From NCBI GenBank assembly GCA_000934665.2, contig KZ538421.1, positions 1 to 64,000 of the forward strand: DNA of 64,000 nucleotides. The letters are read 5' to 3'. The DNA comes from Catajapyx aquilonaris. Lineage: Eukaryota. The notes under the pieces were generated by a model. The model saw nothing but the letters and a program-made list of their open reading frames with translations. It was not told the DNA's origin and searched no databases. Shown in pieces: positions 63,401-64,000 of this stretch. The position numbers and the translations under genes are program-made. Position 1 is the stretch's first letter, and every line of letters starts with the position of its first letter.

Positions 63401-63974
63401 CGAGACGTTACCATCCCGGCCACTACGTCTTCCCGTTAATTATTATTAATAACATTTTATTAATCAATAACATTACTCTTAATCAATAAAAACAAAAACT
63501 ATCCCTTAAAATTTTTTGTTTCAGTTCAAAGCAGCTTATATACAGGGTGACCCTAAATGCTGGGCACATAGTTAAGTTAATTGAATTGTAATGTTGGTTT
63601 TCAGTTGTGCCAACTAGCAACAATACATTGTATTGTTATTGGCATATAGGTAATTGAATTTTCAACCCACTCACTATGTCTCCAGGCTTTACGATCACCC
63701 TGTACAAAGAAGAGCATACACCCCACCCCCATATAACATCACACATGCCGATATAAAGATGCCATCAGATGTTAGACAGAAAGGAACAAGCTATGTTGTT
63801 GGTTAGTTTACACTCACGTTGGGAACCCTTTCCATACCTGTAAGAAAAACGATAGTAAGCTAAGGTGTCCCTAGAAAAAGACTTACCACGAGCACGTACG
63901 CCACTGGGCGGCAATGGTCGATCTTTTTGCATCCAGTATGGAACCTTCCTGGGCTCATCGCACATAGATGGCAT
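27636..63974 (-). CDS. Tekt4: Divergent tektin (tektin-4-like), 10 exons, about 616 aa
   Basis: complement(join(27636..27870,30173..30327,36679..36901,47929..48143,58734..58901,60172..60310,60508..60701,60837..61025,61556..61800,63887..63974)); 1851 nt, all phases consistent. Tektin-like segments: RYSHFGW, REGIELTKDLVENELE, KTIARNLDTECISLHDNS, RCRD, KAKSLEL..KC, and C-terminal QLAGY as in TEKT4. The start ATG is near the window edge and the paralogue assignment is tentative. Confidence 0.85.
30173..30327 (-). CDS. Tekt4: Tektin exon with degenerate signature loop (NTRMERCRD)
   Basis: tttttag| TLKDMEMQEKMIRNLTKGIDNLRRAKKKTESRLYLRDMNTRMERCRDGAHI |gtatgt. Confidence 0.88.
31116..31540. mobile_element. 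CACTA/EnSpm-like foldback MITE
   Basis: CACACAGAAAAATG...CATTTTTCTGTGTG, CA 2-bp duplication, near-perfect arms. Confidence 0.78.
32845..33150. repeat. Inverted repeat enclosing (GGAGTACCAA)-type tandem repeats
   Basis: cactcgactgaaaagtgtacactggagtaccaaat is mirrored at 33107..33145. Confidence 0.75.
35316..35535. repeat. TATACGTATCC-type minisatellite
   Basis: Directly visible tandem tacgta-containing units. Confidence 0.85.
36679..36901 (-). CDS. Tekt4: Tektin exon
   Basis: ttctag| ASNPLTYDDYTEHGL...VDSAILNRTDELERAKRALDEQHRK |gtgagt. Confidence 0.88.
38167..38496. mobile_element. Tc1/mariner-type MITE
   Basis: CAGGGTGTCTCAAA...AGACACCCTG-TA; same family as 43448..43738. Confidence 0.8.
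40121..40165. repeat. (TTA)n microsatellite
   Basis: Directly visible. Confidence 0.95.
40651..40849 (+). mobile_element. tRNA-derived SINE
   Basis: A-box-like gcatagtggataagg, B box ggttcgaatcc, followed by a non-tRNA body. Confidence 0.65.
40854..41318. mobile_element. Kolobok-type MITE family B
   Basis: TTAA TSD; TIR AGGAAGGGTTCAGTGATTTTGCAT; internal palindrome. Confidence 0.85.
42955..43435. mobile_element. Kolobok-type MITE family B, inverted relative to the 40854 copy
   Basis: TTAA TSD; same TIRs; near reverse complement of 40854..41318. Confidence 0.85.
43448..43738. mobile_element. Tc1/mariner-type MITE
   Basis: TA-CAGGGTGTTTCAAC...GTTGAAACACCCTG-TA. Confidence 0.82.
44859..44912. 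repeat. (AAT)n microsatellite
   Basis: Directly visible. Confidence 0.95.
45010..45205 (-). mobile_element. tRNA-derived SINE-like element
   Basis: Minus strand reads gtggccgagatggtaacgtctcgg...ggttcgatcccc; a degenerate relative lies at about 63370..63425. Confidence 0.5.
47072..47726. mobile_element. hAT-type MITE
   Basis: TIR TAGAGAACGGATTTCTAGG; 8-bp TSD CTCATAAG on both sides. Confidence 0.88.
47929..48143 (-). CDS. Tekt4: Tektin exon
   Basis: caacag| EKNAHHDISELFLRTI...EKTIARNLDTECISLHDNSRDILSRPGRSRFPA |gtaagc. Confidence 0.88.
48260..48572 (+). mobile_element. Non-autonomous Helitron
   Basis: A|TC start, (GTCT)n tract, subterminal hairpin cccggacaacgccggg, CTAG|T end; second copy at 51286. 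Confidence 0.82.
50131..51890 (+). CDS. Snakeskin-like / MARVEL-type four-TM membrane protein, 153 aa, 3 exons, nested antisense in a tektin intron
   Basis: join(50131..50196,50926..51114,51684..51890); aaaATGg start, phase-0 GT-AG introns. MAVSFYFDNLKKPQGFIKFVEVLLGIICISL...DATRVVVITFGGYLIYSGGMLICY...ECLLNPLACIMYIASGALF...KGLAIGALAIINGVAYLIDSYF has four hydrophobic helices and resembles Drosophila Ssk as I recall it (GFLIY, GCIMWIAVG, GIAMGSLCVIEGALYLLD). Confidence 0.82.
51286..51595 (+). mobile_element. Non-autonomous Helitron in intron 2 of the Snakeskin-like gene
   Basis: A|TC...cccgggcaacgccggg...CTAG|T; colinear with 48260..48572. Confidence 0.82.
52594..53073 (-). CDS. Intronless 159-aa orphan ORF, Cys/aromatic-rich
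   Basis: True ATG with G at +4, non-repetitive sequence, AATAAA on its own strand at 52547..52552. No family recognised. Confidence 0.45.
   Translation of the reverse strand: MAARKGGQLNPDEPLVNNLSVYDRITIDFSYTLCNQFFLGATFAKGSCLKAKCVTMSYRFKSLRDFGSTFKSDLFTYSTLYKYLSCVPLGTPHVFSNVDWQTKFVTPRCWFRFHAGRSLFSIYEVLDTWKAEGGCYYCFKVGGNWFRERVCVTAGCNKS
53671..54096. mobile_element. Kolobok-type MITE family A
   Basis: TTAA TSD and the same TIRs. Confidence 0.85.
57420..57928. mobile_element. Kolobok-type MITE family A
   Basis: TTAA TSD and the same TIRs. Confidence 0.85.
58734..58901 (-). CDS. Tekt4: Tektin exon (absent from the ORF track)
   Basis: ctttcag| RLRNEQDLLDDAKHFMEDALVTLGEAKKVNETSLGLMKQREGIELTKDLVENELEY |gtaagt. 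Confidence 0.88.
58984..59165. other. Assembly gap flanked by poly-G
   Basis: Run of N. Confidence 0.99.
60172..60310 (-). CDS. Tekt4: Tektin exon (coiled coil)
   Basis: ttccag| LINLSKQSLDNMRDKAHNTNRMVEGLLGDKVDSLHAAVTSFENHIM |gtaagc. Confidence 0.85.
60347..60424. repeat. (AAT)n microsatellite in a tektin intron
   Basis: Directly visible. Confidence 0.95.
60508..60701 (-). CDS. Tekt4: Tektin exon
   Basis: ggcag| DNLKPF...HRYSHFGWSREFGDMMNITQSDLDSSG |gtaagt. Confidence 0.82.
60837..61025 (-). CDS. Tekt4: Tektin exon (Cys/Pro-rich head)
   Basis: gtatag| KGLRKGSTFKKGGEFKLMKPKSVCQCRAPGCSCGCG...PPAGAK |gtagga. Confidence 0.75.
61556..61800 (-). CDS. Tekt4: Tektin exon (Pro-rich head)
   Basis: ttttcag| DGDLKGIAMPFTRPRQFQVCPGYNPY...FDEDPW |gtaagg. 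Confidence 0.72.
63887..63974 (-). CDS. Tekt4: Tektin candidate first coding exon
   Basis: MPSMCDEPRKVPYWMQKDRPLPPSGVRAR, then a phase-1 GTAAGT donor that matches the exon starting at 61800. The frame is also open upstream to the window edge. Confidence 0.6.
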
Positions 63975-64000
63975 ATTATCTATTCCGAATGGACGCCAAT

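Overview
Animal (probably insect, inferred from a Snakeskin-like gene) intron-rich genomic DNA, dense in MITEs. Three spliced genes could be assembled by hand with GT-AG junctions and consistent phases. (1) + strand, 1619..17978: a DNMT3-family gene of at least 2011 aa. It has an intact ADD zinc-finger domain. Its methyltransferase domain has lost the catalytic Cys (PC->PY) and carries degenerate motifs VI, VIII, IX and X. No PWWP domain is visible; a 4.7-kb exon encoding K/E/S/H-rich tandem repeats sits upstream of the ADD instead. This is a candidate invertebrate DNMT3L-like pseudo-enzyme and the main finding. (2) - strand, 27636..63974: a 10-exon, strongly diverged tektin (tektin-4-like, about 616 aa), convergent with the DNMT3-like gene. 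(3) + strand, 50131..51890: a 153-aa four-TM Snakeskin/MARVEL-like gene nested antisense in a tektin intron, facing an intronless 159-aa orphan ORF. The remainder is non-autonomous DNA transposons (Kolobok-, piggyBac-, Tc1/mariner-, hAT-, CACTA- and Harbinger-type), two Helitron copies, tRNA-derived SINEs, palindromes, microsatellites and one N gap. All family assignments come from remembered motifs; no searches were run.
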